Of a stretch of DNA of 64,000 nucleotides, positions 41,231-52,739 are shown in pieces. The notes under the pieces were generated by a model that saw only the letters and a list, made by a program, of their open reading frames with translations, made no database searches and was not told where the DNA came from. Source of the DNA: an uncultured delta proteobacterium. GTDB taxonomy: Bacteria > Desulfobacterota > Binatia > UBA9968. Numbering within the stretch: position 1 is the first letter of the stretch; the number at the start of each line of letters is the position of its first letter. Location: contig CAWDPO010000002.1 in assembly GCA_963804165.1 (NCBI GenBank), positions 96,001 to 160,000 of the forward strand, written 5' to 3'. A program made the position numbers and the translations under genes.

Positions 41231-43038
41231 CTATTTCTCCGCACCGCTTACCCGAATACCGAGTTCCCGAAGCTGGCGCGTCTCTACGCTCGACGGCGCG
41301 TCGGTGAGCATGCACACCGCGCGCTGGCTCTTGGGGAACGCGATCACGTCGCGCAGCGACTTGGCGCCGCTCAAGAGCATCGCCAGCCGATCGATACCGA
41401 AGGCAATGCCGCCGTGGGGCGGCGCCCCGAAACTCAAAGCCTCCAGAAAAAACCCAAACTTCGCTTCCGCTTCTTCGGCGCCGATGCCCATGAGGCCGAG
41501 AATTTTTTTCTGCAACTCCACTTGATGGATACGAATGCTGCCACCGCCGATCTCGATGCCGTTGAGCGCCAAATCGTACGCCTTGGATCGGCTCTTCGCG
41601 GGCTCGCTGTCGAGCAAAGGCAAATCCTCATCCAACGGCGACGTGAACGGATGATGCAGGGCAACGTAACGCTTTTCTTGAGGATCGAATTCCATCAGCG
41701 GAAAATCCACCACCCATACGAGCGCGTAATCTTTTTCCGGGATCAAACCGAGCTTTTCGCCCAAGTGCAGGCGCAGATTGCCGAGCGCATCGTGCACCAC
41801 CTTGGCGCGGTCGGCGGAGAATAGCACCACGTCGCCGACCTGTGCCTCCGCGATTTCTTCGATCGCCTTCTGTTCGGCCTCCGAAAGAAACTTCGCGATC
41901 GGCGATTGCCAACCTTCGGCGGTGATCTTGGTCCAGGCGATTCCTTTGGCGCCGAACGTCGCCACGAACGGGGTCATATCGTCCAAGTCTTTGCGCGACA
42001 GCGCCGCGCCGTTGGGAATGCGGATGCCTTTCACCACACCGCCGTTCTGAATCGCGCGCGGCAAACACCCGCGCCTGGCAATTGCGCAGAGCGTCGGTGA
42101 AATCCTTGATTTCCAAACCGAAGCGCAGTATCCGGCTTATCCGAGCCGAAGCGATTCATCGCCTGTTCGTAAGTCAAGCGCGCAAACGGACGCTTGAGCT
42201 CGATGCCTTTCAGCTCTTTGAATAAGAGCGAGATCATGCCCTCGACAACCTGCATCACGTCTTCGGGTTGGACGAACGACATTTCCATGTCGAGCTGGGT
42301 GAATTCCGGCTGGCGGTCGGCACGCAGGTCTTCATCGCGAAAACATTTGACGATCTGAAAGTAGCGGTCGAGTCCGCCGACCATGAGAATCTGCTTGAAT
42401 AATTGCGGCGACTGCGGCAGCGCATAAAACTTGCCGGGATAGATGCGGCTCGGAACCAAGTAATCGCGCGCGCCCTCCGGCGTGCTTTTGGTCAAAACCG
42501 GTGTTTCCACGTCGATAAATCCCAGGCCGTCGAGATAGTCGCGGATCGACTTCGTCATCCGATAGCGCAGCAGCAAATGACTCAAGCTCTGCGGCCGGCG
42601 CAGATCGAGATATCGGTATTTGAGCCGGGTGTTCTCGTTGGCGTCGGTTTCGTCTTCGATGACGAACGGCGGTACAGCCGACGCATTAAGCAAGCGCAGC
42701 TCGTTGCAAACCAGTTCCACTTCACCGGTAGCGTGATCGGGATTGATCGTCTCCGGCGATCTTTTGGACAGGGTCCCGCGTGCCGCGATGACGTCCTCGG
42801 AACGAATCTGTTTTGCTTTCTCGTGTGACGCGGCATCGACCTCCGGGCGAAATACCACCTGGCAAATACCGCTGCGGTCGCGCAGATCGACAAAAATAAC
42901 GCCGCCGTGGTCGCGGCGGCTATGAACCCAACCTACCAAGATCAGGTCACTGCCGACCGCAGCGGCGCGCGGTTCGCCGCAATAGCAGCTGCGTTTCCAG
43001 TCGCCCCACTGATCGCTAAACACTCTGTCCGTCGCCAT
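41231..43038 (-). CDS. aspS: Aspartate--tRNA ligase, frameshifts near 42060-42130
   Basis: [41 protein letters not shown] and [14 protein letters not shown]; the His in RRDHGG is typical of non-discriminating enzymes. Confidence 0.95.
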
Positions 43039-44324
43039 CAGCCCATCTTCCTGGCCAGCAACTCCGCCTCGATTCTGTCCAAACCGATTTCCTCCTGCCG
43101 TTTGCTGGCCATGTCGCGCAGCACCGCTTTGCCTTTGGCCAGCTCATCATCGCCGAGGATCAATACCGACGCTGCTTTGAATTTGTCGGCGCGGCGCATT
43201 TGACTCTTCAAGCTGCGCGCTTCGCCTTCCATCTCCACGTTCAGATTATTTTTGCGCAAGCGATGAACCAACGGAAAAGCCCAATCGCGCGCCTCCTCAC
43301 CGACCCAAACGACATAGAGGTTCGGGCCAGCGTTCGCCACGCTCTCTTGCATCTTGAGCAACATCGTCAGCCGCTCTATGCCCATGGCAAAGCCGACACC
43401 GGGAATCGCCGGCCCTCCGAGTTGCTCAACCAAACCGTCATAACGCCCGCCCGCGGCGATCGCGCTTTGGGAGCCCAGTTGCGCGGTGGTCCATTCGAAC
43501 GTCGTGCGGCAGTAGTAATCGAGGCCGCGCACCATGCGCGGATTGAGCGTGTATTTCACGCCTGTGCTGCGCAACGGCCGCTGCACGGAGTCAAAATGCT
43601 CGCGGCACGCGGCGCAGAGCGATTCGAGAATCGACGGCGCGTCTTTCGTTGCCTCGATGCAACCGGGCTCCTTGCAATCGAGTGCTCGCAGCGGATTGCG
43701 ATCAATGCGCCGCCGGCAATTGGCGCACAACGAATCCTCCCGCGCTTTTAAAAAGGCCAACAGCGTTTCGCGATACTGCGGCCGGCATGCCGCATCGCCG
43801 AGCGAATTGAGCTGCAGCGTTGGTTCGGTCAAACCGATGAAATCGAAAAAATCGTTGAGCAGGAGCAAGACTTCCGCGTCGATGAACGGATCGCCGCGCC
43901 CCAAAGCTTCAGCGCCGATTTGATGAAACTGGCGCATGCGGCCTTTCTGTGGCCGCTCGCGCCGAAACATCGGCCCCATGTAATAAAGTTTGCGCGCCGG
44001 TTCGACTTTATACATCTCAGCTTCCACGTAAGCGCGCACGACGCCAGCGGTGCCCTCCGGCCTCAGCGTGAGCTTGGTTCCTTCGGCATTGTTGTCAGTG
44101 CTCCGGCCGTCGCGATCTTCGAAAGTATACATCTCCTTTTCGACGATGTCCGTGGTTTCGCCGATGGACCGGCTGAACAGCTCGGTCTTTTCGACGATCG
44201 GAATGCGGATCTCGGCAAAGTTGTAGGCCGTAAAAACGCGGCGCGCCACCGCTTCCACCTGCTGCCAAGCGCCGACCTCTTCCGGCAGGATATCCGAGAA
44301 TCCCTTAATACTAGTGATCTTCAT
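43038..44324 (-). CDS. hisS: Histidine--tRNA ligase
   Basis: KEMY, LRPEGTA, FRRERPQKGR, VRGLDYY and GGRYD; ATG 44324. Confidence 0.95.
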   Translation of the reverse strand: MKITSIKGFSDILPEEVGAWQQVEAVARRVFTAYNFAEIRIPIVEKTELFSRSIGETTDIVEKEMYTFEDRDGRSTDNNAEGTKLTLRPEGTAGVVRAYVEAEMYKVEPARKLYYMGPMFRRERPQKGRMRQFHQIGAEALGRGDPFIDAEVLLLLNDFFDFIGLTEPTLQLNSLGDAACRPQYRETLLAFLKAREDSLCANCRRRIDRNPLRALDCKEPGCIEATKDAPSILESLCAACREHFDSVQRPLRSTGVKYTLNPRMVRGLDYYCRTTFEWTTAQLGSQSAIAAGGRYDGLVEQLGGPAIPGVGFAMGIERLTMLLKMQESVANAGPNLYVVWVGEEARDWAFPLVHRLRKNNLNVEMEGEARSLKSQMRRADKFKAASVLILGDDELAKGKAVLRDMASKRQEEIGLDRIEAELLARKMG

Positions 44325-44409
44325 CTGCGTTATCGGGTGAGTCTCAACCAAGACACCATAAGAAACCAGGCAGGTCAAGTTAACGATGATTGCGGCAACC
44401 AAGATGCGA

Positions 44410-45137
44410 CTAATCGGCGCGCGCCCGGTAACGGTATATTCGGCTCCGCCGCGTGGTGCCGTACAATTCGGCAAACAGAAAACCGCGAAAGGTCATCAGA
44501 TAGGTGAGGCCAAGACCGATCATGAAGGAATAAAGGAATAGACTCAGCACAGCCGGCAAGCCGAAAAGCAACGGCGCGCTGACCTCAAGCAGATAATAAC
44601 CCGCGACCGCCAATAGAATGTTTGGAATTAGCCACTCGATCCAATTTTCCACGATAAAATTATAGCTCGCGCTGATCAGCTCGAGCCCGGCTGTCCGACT
44701 TTGATAAATCAATTCCGGCACCGGATTGAGCAGAATGTATAGCCCGAGTTTGATCAACAGGTAAATCAGCGCGCCGTTGGGCGACGTCGCCAAAACCTCC
44801 GCAGCCGACGCGCATGGGAATCCACAGGATGAACGCGATCGTCATCAACTCCCACAAATAGACCATGAATCCGTTAAGAAAATCATTGAAATTAGCCTTG
44901 CCGCTTTCGACCATATTTTTGATCAGATAGAGACCCGAACTTGCGCAAGCTGCCCTCGCGATCGAATACAGCAGTCCGCCGATGATTCCCAATGGCGCCA
45001 CCAGCGAAAGCGACGATCGTTAAACCGACGCCGTAAGCGATCGGAGCGAAGCTGACGATCCAATTCTTGCGCACGCACTCCAACGAGCGCTTGAAGGCCC
45101 TGGCATAGAGCCAAAGCGTGGCCTGGAAGATTTGCAT
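44410..45137 (-). CDS. Hypothetical multi-pass membrane protein, frameshifted
   Basis: Three overlapping hydrophobic ORF pieces join; AAGGGAG RBS before ATG 45137. Confidence 0.6.
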
Positions 45138-45284
45138 TGCTCCCTTATATAGCAGATGCGTGACGTCGATGCAGCGCCAAACCGAAAAAATGGTCGATAT
45201 GGGCGTGGACATATGAAAACGGCTGCGTTATAAGCCTCGAAACCAAGGAATCTCACAATGAATTCTCGGCGAGGAGAGCGCCCC

Positions 45285-46271
45285 ATGAAAACATTCACGC
45301 TCTTGTTTCCGGTCTTGTTTTTCTTCGCGGCTGTCCACCTAGCGTCGGCGCAGAGCATCACACTTCGCTACGGCCAAATTCCCTCGACGATCAAGACGAT
45401 CTCCTCGCTGCAGTTCTACCTCGCCCAGCGCAAAGGTTTCTTTACCCGCGAAGGAATCCACCTCGAGATGGTGCCGATCGAAGGAGGCGCCGCGAATATG
45501 GTTGTCGCTCTCAACAAGGGAACCGTGGACATCACCCGCACCGCGACGCCCTATTTGATCCAGGACGTTCTCAAAGGCTCCGACAATGTCGCAATCCTCG
45601 GTGAAACGGCAACGCCGATCTACAGTTTAATCGTGAAACCCGATATCAAAACTTTTGCCGACTTAAAGGGGAAAAACGTCGGTCTTTCTCTGGCCGTAGA
45701 CACCATCTCCATATCAACGCGCAAACTTCTGGCGATGAACGGCGTCAAGGAAGGCGATTTCAAGGTCAAAGAGCTTGTCGGAACTCCGGCGCGAAGTGAT
45801 TGTCTCAAGAAAGGGGAATGCGACGCGGTGCCGCTCGGCCAACCGGAAGATCTCGTGTTAATGAAACAGGGCTATCGACGTCTCGGCGTGTCCACCGATG
45901 CCATGTCGAACTTTCAGTTTGTCGTCAGCGCGGTGCGGCGCTCCTGGGGCGAAAAGAACAAAGACGCACTGGTTCGCTACGTCCGCGCCTTGGCAACATC
46001 CTATCGCTACATGCGCGAGTCGGCGAACCGTGATGATGTCGTGCGTGTCGCCGTAGACACCACCGGCACATCCGAAGAAATCGCCCGGGAAACGCTCGCG
46101 CTTTACTTCGAGCCTGACCGCGGCGTCGTCCCCAAGCAGGGCGAGATCGACGTCAAGGGCTTTAGCGAGGTGATTCGCGTCATGGGCGAAGCTGGCGAGC
46201 TCAAGCCGCCCCTGCCCTCCGCCGAGCGTTTCATCGACTTGCAGTATCTGAAGGCAGCCGGTTTGCAGTAA
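45285..46271 (+). CDS. ABC solute-binding protein, NMT1/SsuA-like
   Basis: Signal peptide, KGFFTREGI and IKTFADLKGK motifs; no permease adjacent. Confidence 0.85.
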   Translation: MKTFTLLFPVLFFFAAVHLASAQSITLRYGQIPSTIKTISSLQFYLAQRKGFFTREGIHLEMVPIEGGAANMVVALNKGTVDITRTATPYLIQDVLKGSDNVAILGETATPIYSLIVKPDIKTFADLKGKNVGLSLAVDTISISTRKLLAMNGVKEGDFKVKELVGTPARSDCLKKGECDAVPLGQPEDLVLMKQGYRRLGVSTDAMSNFQFVVSAVRRSWGEKNKDALVRYVRALATSYRYMRESANRDDVVRVAVDTTGTSEEIARETLALYFEPDRGVVPKQGEIDVKGFSEVIRVMGEAGELKPPLPSAERFIDLQYLKAAGLQ

Positions 46272-46336
46272 TGACGCTGCGTGCCAACAACTCAACACCC
46301 CCCTAATCTAATAGATTGCTCAGAAAAGCCTCTGCA

Positions 46337-46643
46337 GGCTGCTCAAAAAGATCCAGAGGCGAGGCGCGCGAAAAAACGACGAGCGGAGGCGTACAATCAC
46401 ATCGGAGCGAGGCGATCGAGCGCAACGACAGACTGTGTGAAAACTCCGAAACTTTTAAGACGGTGGGAATAGGGAACCATATTCATGACGAAATTAACGA
46501 TCGTCATCCCTAAATCCGTTTCGTTCATGCTTCAAAGTGGGAGAACATGAGCGTCATTTTGGTCCGTCGCTTACTTTTCACACAGTCTGACGTTGACGCG
46601 AGGCGATTGAGCGAACGAAGCCTATGGGTCTTTTTCAGCAGCC
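46337..46643. repeat. Non-coding element with 15-bp terminal inverted repeats (outer MITE/REP-like element)
   Basis: GGCTGCTCAAAAAGA (46337-46351) versus TCTTTTTCAGCAGCC (46629-46643), 14/15 match; internal ~22-bp direct repeat gcgaggcgatYgagcg(c)aacga. Confidence 0.65.
46429..46589. mobile_element. 161-bp MITE-like insert with perfect 15-bp TIRs
   Basis: CAGACTGTGTGAAAA (46429-46443) and TTTTCACACAGTCTG (46575-46589); AT-richer interior, no transposase. Confidence 0.7.
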
Positions 46644-46646
46644 AAT

Positions 46647-46937
46647 CTAGCAGGAATAAATGTGTACTTCGTTTTCTTCGATGCGCCGGCCGCGGGTGAT
46701 CAATTTCAAGAGGCTGCACACGTTTCGGCTCACGTCATTGATATTAGCGACCGGAAATCCGTCCTTAATATACCGACCGATGAACTTATCTTCGCCCATA
46801 TTTACGATCTGTAGATACTCGTCGTTGGTGCCTTCGAAGTAGTGCTTCGTTCCTGGCGCCGGATTAGCCAAATCGTCTTGCAACGCCTTGGTAATCTTTA
46901 TGCCCACGAACAGCCGCTTCGTCCCTTCGTCCATCAT
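46647..46937 (-). CDS. Hypothetical protein (~95 aa)
   Basis: Clean ORF with AAGGAG RBS and protein-like composition. Confidence 0.65.
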   Translation of the reverse strand: MMDEGTKRLFVGIKITKALQDDLANPAPGTKHYFEGTNDEYLQIVNMGEDKFIGRYIKDGFPVANINDVSRNVCSLLKLITRGRRIEENEVHIYSC

Positions 46938-47027
46938 CTGTCTCCTTCGCTACGGTCATTATCATAGCCGAGCCGAAACAACCACACCGTACGAGACAGA
47001 GGCTTCCCCTCGCTGCGCCACGCCACG

Positions 47028-47285
47028 TCACGTAACTTTCCCGGTTGACGCTTGCTCCGATCGACTCCGATAAAACCCGATTTGCACCCTTTCCACGGTC
47101 GCCAACCCGTCCGAAATCGCGCGGTCGATGACCGGCAAGAACGCCTCGATTTTTTCCGTCGTATCGATGATTTCGACAATGGACAGATCGGTCGAGAGCT
47201 CCAAGATCTTGGCGGTGCGCACACGACTGCGCGCGCCAAAGCCTTCCACACCGCGCAGCACGTAGCCCCCGCTAGACCTCCCGTC
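47028..47285 (-). pseudogene. DUF190 (PII-like) gene fragment, 5' part missing
   Basis: GLAGAT(fs)VLRGVEGFG...KILELSTDL.IVEIID..EKIEAFLP...GLATVE; no recognisable N-terminus. Confidence 0.7.
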
Positions 47286-47575
47286 CTGAAGTGAAACTAA
47301 AAGACCCCTACCTCAATCCAATCAAAGTAGGGGTCATCAATTCGCCGTTGCGAATGGTTTACTGGCGAACCCCATCGCCTCAAATCTATCGCATTATTTG
47401 TTCAAAAACGCCGCCAAGTCAATTTAAAGGATGGACACATGAGAACGGCGTCGATCGCCCTCGCGCAAATTAGCTGGGGAAAAACAACTCTTGCCATGCG
47501 ACCGACGGCGCTGCTTTCGTTTACCCACAAAAAACGGTTACTCTCGTCCGATCACCGGATGATGAAAGGCGTACC

Positions 47576-48455
47576 ATGAAGATCAAATCGAAGGAGTTTC
47601 GCGTCGTTGAAGGCGATAAGGTTAACCTCAAAAAGTGGCCGACCAAGGTGAACCGTTATTACACATCAAAGAAACAACTAAGAAAAATGCTGCGCGCCCA
47701 CGTCAAAGAGATGAGCGAACTGCAAAATCTCCTCTACGCCTCCAACAGTTATGCCGTGCTGCTGATCTTCCAGGCGATGGATGCCGCCGGCAAGGATAGC
47801 GCGATCAAACATGTAATGTCCGGAGTCAATCCTCAAGGTTGCCAGGTGTTCAGTTTCAAGCATCCGAGCCTCGAAGAGTTGGACCATGATTTTTTGTGGC
47901 GCACCACGCGCGCACTGCCCGAACGTGGCCGAATCGGGATTTTCAACCGCTCTCACTACGAGGAAGTTCTTATCGTTCGAGTCCATCCCGAACTTCTGCG
48001 TGCCGAAGGTATTCCCGATGAAGCGCTCGACGACAAGACAATCTGGCGCGACCGATATCGATCGATCCGTCATTTCGAGGCCCATCTGCACCGCAACGGC
48101 ACGCGAATCGTCAAGTTTTTTCTCCATCTTTCCAAAGAGGAACAGCGCAAACGTTTTCTCGCCCGCATCGACGAGCCGGATAAGAACTGGAAATTTAGCA
48201 GGTCAGACGTCGAAGAAAGAAAATACTGGGACGACTATATGAATGCCTAATGAATGCCTATGAAGCCTGCCTGAACGCCACGAGTATGCGCCATTCACCC
48301 TGGTATATCGTCCCGGCCGATGACAAGGGAACGCGCGACTGATCATTTCACGAATCATTCTCGATACTCTTCGCGGATTGAAGATGAAGTACCCAACTAT
48401 TACTGAAAAACAGCGCAAAGAACTGCGCGCTCTGCGCCGGCTGCTGGCTAAATAA
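47576..48455 (+). CDS. ppk2: Polyphosphate kinase 2 family protein, interrupted by an 11-bp duplication at 48239-48260
   Basis: [27 protein letters not shown] and WKF..SD..ER; [11 protein letters not shown] continues after the stop. Confidence 0.9.
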
Positions 48456-48691
48456 AGGATGTTTGTCCATCGATTACCGACGGAGGCTCGAAGATCGTCG
48501 CAGCAAACGGCCTGGATCGGTATTTTCTCGCCGCGCTGGTTTGAATCCGTTAGCGCTGGCCGCTCCCTGCCATTTGCTTGCGGCGTGGCGGGCAGCAGAC
48601 CATGGGCGATTTGCCGCGACGCGTCGACGTGAATATACTCATGAAACCCAGCCGCGCCGTTGAGCGTCGAGGGCAACGAAGGGAATCAGCG

Positions 48692-49714
48692 ATGAGAGTA
48701 AAATCAACTTTGAGGACCGCCGCGCTTATGTTTACGCTACTGAGTGCGGCGCATGCGCATGGCGGAGCGACGGCGGATGCCGCCCTCAAGAAGGGCTTTA
48801 TTCGGTGCGGCGTCAACACCGGCCTTGCCGGCTTCGCGCAGCCGGATAGCAACGGCGAATGGCGCGGCATCGACGTCGATCTTTGCCGCGCCGTCGGCGG
48901 CTGCGCTGTTCGGCGATGCGCGAAAAGTTCGCTACACGCCGTTGACCGCGCAACAGCGCTTCACCGCTTTGCAGTCGGGCGAAGTGGACATTCTTTCGCG
49001 CAATACCACCTGGACCTTCGACGCGCGACGCCAGTCTCGGACTCAACTTCGTCGGCATCAATTTCTACGACGGCCAGGGGTTCATGGTGACAAAAAAACT
49101 TAACGTAAAAAGCGCGAAGCAATTGACCGGCGCCGCTATTTGCGTGCAACCCGGCACCACCACCGAGCTCAATCTCGCCGACTACTTTCGCGCTCAAAAG
49201 TATGAAATTCAAGCCGGTGGTGATCGAGAAATTCGAAGAGGTGCTCAATGCCTATTTCGCCGGGCGTTGCGATGTCTTCACCACCGACGTGTCCGGACTG
49301 GTCGCGGCTACGCGCGTCGCGCGCGGCCAATCCCGGCGACCACGTCATCCTGCCGGAGGTGATTTCCAAAGAGCCCTTCGGTCCGGCGGTGCGCCACGGC
49401 GACGATCATTGGTTTGACGTCGTCAAATGGACGCTGTTCGCCACGATCGAAGCCGAAGAGCTCGGCCTTACGTCGAAGAACATCGAACAGCAAGCGCAAA
49501 GCGCCAGATCCGGTCGATCCAGCGATTCGTCGGCGCCAAGGGCGACTTCGGCAAGATGCTCGGCCTGGACAATCGCTGGGCTTACAACATCATCAAACAG
49601 GTGGGCAACTACGGCGAGAGCTTCGATCGCAACCTGACGCCGCTGGGTCTCGACCGCGGCCTCAACAAGCTATGGAATCGCGGCGGCCTCATGTACGCGC
49701 CGCCGATGCGCTGA
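48692..49714 (+). CDS. aapJ: General L-amino acid ABC solute-binding protein, frameshifted
   Basis: CGVNTGLAGF, RFTALQSGEVDILSRNTTWT, ISKEPFGP, VGNYGE and GGLMYAPPMR. Confidence 0.85.
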
Positions 49715-49795
49715 CCGCAGCGGCAGTCGCAAGAACTCCATCCGTCTTGAAACTCGTGAATCGCAACGTGTCACTGGCGCCGGCGAAAGCAATTC

Positions 49796-50799
49796 ATGGC
49801 GTCCTTGAATCAGCTGCGCAGTTCGATCGCGGCGCTCTATCAAGCCTTGCTGGCGGCCGCCATTATCCTCGCTGCTTGGTATTTCATTGCCAACGCGCTG
49901 GACAATCTGCTTGCGCGGCGGATCGCCAGCGGCTTTGGTTTTCTCGCGTCGCGAGGCCGGCTTCGAGATCGGCGAAACCACATTTCTTTCCTACAACGCT
50001 GCCGACACCTACCTAAGAGCGCTGGCGGTCGGCTTGCTCAATACCTTCCGGGTCGCGACCCTGGCGATCATTTTTTCGACCTTCATCGGCGCGCTCATCG
50101 GTTTGGCGCGTTTATCGCCCAACTGGCTGCTTGGCAAAGATCGCCGCAGGCTATGTCGAAACTGCTCCGCAACGTGCCCTTGGTCGTGCAACTGTTTTTC
50201 TGGTACGCCGTGATCACCGAGAGCTCTGCCCGCGCCGGCCGAGGCGCTGAATCCGCTGCCGGGCGTATTTCTCAGCAATCGCGGCTTGGCAGTTCCCCTC
50301 AATCGTCGCAACTGCTCCCATTCGAAGCTGGAATATCCCGCTTGCTCAGCGGATTTAATTTTTCCGGCGGCGGTTGTGTTGTCGCCGGAATTCGCCGCGT
50401 TGTTTCTTGGCCTGGCGCTTTATACCGCCGCGTTTATCAGCGAAATCGTCCGCGCCGGAATCCTCGCCGTCGACCGCGGCCAAGTTCGAGGCGGCTGCAT
50501 TCGCTCGGCCATCGGTGAAGCCCAGCTCATGTGCTTTATCATCCTGCCCCAAGCGCTGCGCGTGATCGTACCGCCGCTCACGAGCCAATACTTGAACTGC
50601 ACCAAAAACAGTTCCCTGGCCGTGGCGATCGGCTATCCCGATCTGGTTTCCATCGCCAATACGACGATCAACCAAACCGGCCAAGCCATCGAAGGCATCG
50701 CCATCATCATGCTCGTTTATCTAACGATCAGCCTGGCGATCTCCGGCTTCATGAACTGGTACAACCGCCGCATTCGCGCTGCGGGGAGCCAAGCGATGA
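49796..50799 (+). CDS. aapQ: Amino acid ABC permease, frameshifted (end approximate)
   Basis: GFGFL, VGLLNT, RNVPL, SPEF, YTAAFISEIVRAGI and KNSSLAVAIGYPDL. Confidence 0.85.
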
Positions 50800-51905
50800 A
50801 CCGCAACGGCGATCGACGCCGCGCACGGCGGCACTGCAGCATGGCTGCGCGACAGGTTGTTTTCCAGTTGGCCGAGTTCGATGGCGACCCTCGCGATTCT
50901 CTATCTTGCTTGGAAGGTCGTGCCGGCACTGATCGACTGGGCGCTGGTCCGCGCCGTCTGGTCGCCGCATAAGCGCGCGTCTGTGTCGCGAGTGCCACCG
51001 GCCAGCGGCGCCTGTTGGGCGTTCGTCGCCGACAAGTACCGCTTTATTTTATTCGGCACCTTTCCGCATGACCAACAGTGGCGACCCGCCTTGGTGATCG
51101 CGATCTTGCTCGCGACTTTACGCCGTGAGCGCATTGGCAAACACTGCGCGCGATCCCGCTTGCTCTCTTTGGCTCGCAGGCATGAGCGGCGATCGGCGTA
51201 CTTATGTGGGGCGGCATTTTCGGCCTGAGGTACGTCGAAAACGAACGCTGGGGCGGGCTGACGCTGACGCTCCTGCTCAGCACCTTCGGCATCGCCTTCG
51301 CGTTTCCACTGTCGATTCTATTGGCGCTCGGGAGGCGCTCCGAAATGCCGCTGGTTCGTTGGCTCTCCATCGCCTACATCGAATTGATTCGCGGCGTGCC
51401 GCTGATCTCCGTTCTGTTTATGGCCTCCGTCATGTTTCCGCTTTTTCTGCCGGCCGGGAGTGTCCATCGACAAGCTGCTGCGCGCCCAGCTGGCGATGAT
51501 CTTATTTGCCGCAGCCTATCTTGCCGAAGTGGTGCGCGGCGGCCTGCAAGCGATTCCTCGCCAGCAAGACGAAGCGGCCCAAGCTCTCGGACTCACGCTA
51601 CTGGCAGCGCACGTGGTTACGTTAATCTGCCGCAAGCGCTGCCCATCGCTATTCCGCCGTTGGTCAATACCTTCATCGGCTTTTTCAAGGACACATCGCT
51701 GGTCGTGATCATCGGGCTCTTCGATTTTCTGACGACGATCAAAGTTTCTCTCAGCGAACCGGCCTGGACCGGATTCGGCGTCGAGGCATACTTATTTGCC
51801 GCCTTGGGCTATTTTCTTTTCTGTTATCCCATGTCGCGATATAGCCAAGCCCTTGAGCGGCAAGGAGCGCGCGGCACGGGGATAAATAATCTGCGGGAGA
51901 ATTGA
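50796..51905 (+). CDS. aapM: Amino acid ABC permease, frameshifted
   Basis: GACWAFV, WGGLTLTL, IELIRGVPLISVLFM, AEVVRGGLQAI and FKDTSLV. Confidence 0.85.
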
Positions 51906-52268
51906 GATCTAAACTCGCGCGCGAAAGCGTCCTCGCGGCGTTTCATCTGTGCCTGGGGATCCATTCCCTAAAGATCACATCGGCACGCTCAGACAAATTC
52001 TTACGCGACTCGCCGTATCGCTGAAGAAGCGATTTCCACTTCTCATGTTGACATGCGTGATCGCCAGGGTTCAGTCGGAAACAGGATCATAACCGCATAC
52101 CCCGAGTCACGCCTGAAAGATTGTTGCCGCCGATCGGTAAAGGGCACCGAAAGTCGCAGCCGACGATCATATCCAGCGCTATCTTGCCTGCGCGCAAATG
52201 GAATGAGGAGTTATCTCGGGAGGGGTGAATCGGTCGTGTGGAGTCGAATTCGATACTGTCCGCGCTTT

Positions 52269-52391
52269 TTACCGGAAGTATTGCACGTTCCTTCTGCGCC
52301 TCTTCGGTTTCGCTACACTGATAAATATGACGAACGCGATTACCGGCACCGCAACCATAATCAAAACGAGCGTTATGAGATCAGTGTACAT
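52269..52391 (-). CDS. 40-aa single-TM small protein (not in the ORF track)
   Basis: MYTDLITLVLIMVAVPVIAFVIFISVAKPKRRRRNVQYFR*; AGGAAGG RBS; TM helix followed by a basic tail. Confidence 0.55.
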   Translation of the reverse strand: MYTDLITLVLIMVAVPVIAFVIFISVAKPKRRRRNVQYFR

Positions 52392-52418
52392 TGCAATCCT
52401 TCCTGACACGAGCCTCTG

Positions 52419-52505
52419 AGCAACTCGGATGCCAGGCAACAAAGCCAATAAAATCGGACGGTTACCCGCAGATAGTGGATGGCCTGTGGTGTCAAATTAC
52501 GACAC
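52419..52505 (-). promoter_or_regulatory. Sigma54-type promoter with upstream palindromic activator site
   Basis: TGGCAT-CCGAG-TTGCT (52434-52419; GG-N10-GC) and GTGTC-N7-GACAC (52489-52505). Confidence 0.55.
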
Positions 52506-52739
52506 GGATGTCACAGTTGGCATTGGCAAAAGTCACGTAAGTTTGTGATTTTCACCTTTCCTGGACTGGCCATCGGCGAATTAACACCGTCCGAAGTATT
52601 GGCAAAAAGTACGGGTGAGACTGCAGACAGATCCTTTAAAATGAAAAAAATTAACAAAGCTTTGCGGCGAAACCATGGGAGCAACTGTATTGCTCACAGC
52701 AGTTTACCGATGGAATTAATTCAAGGAAGCCCGGGTTGC

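Noticed and set aside
51906-52260. Possible gene remnant or ORF 52053..52406 downstream of aapM
   Set aside because: No recognisable family motif in any frame, and it is not an ABC ATPase fragment.
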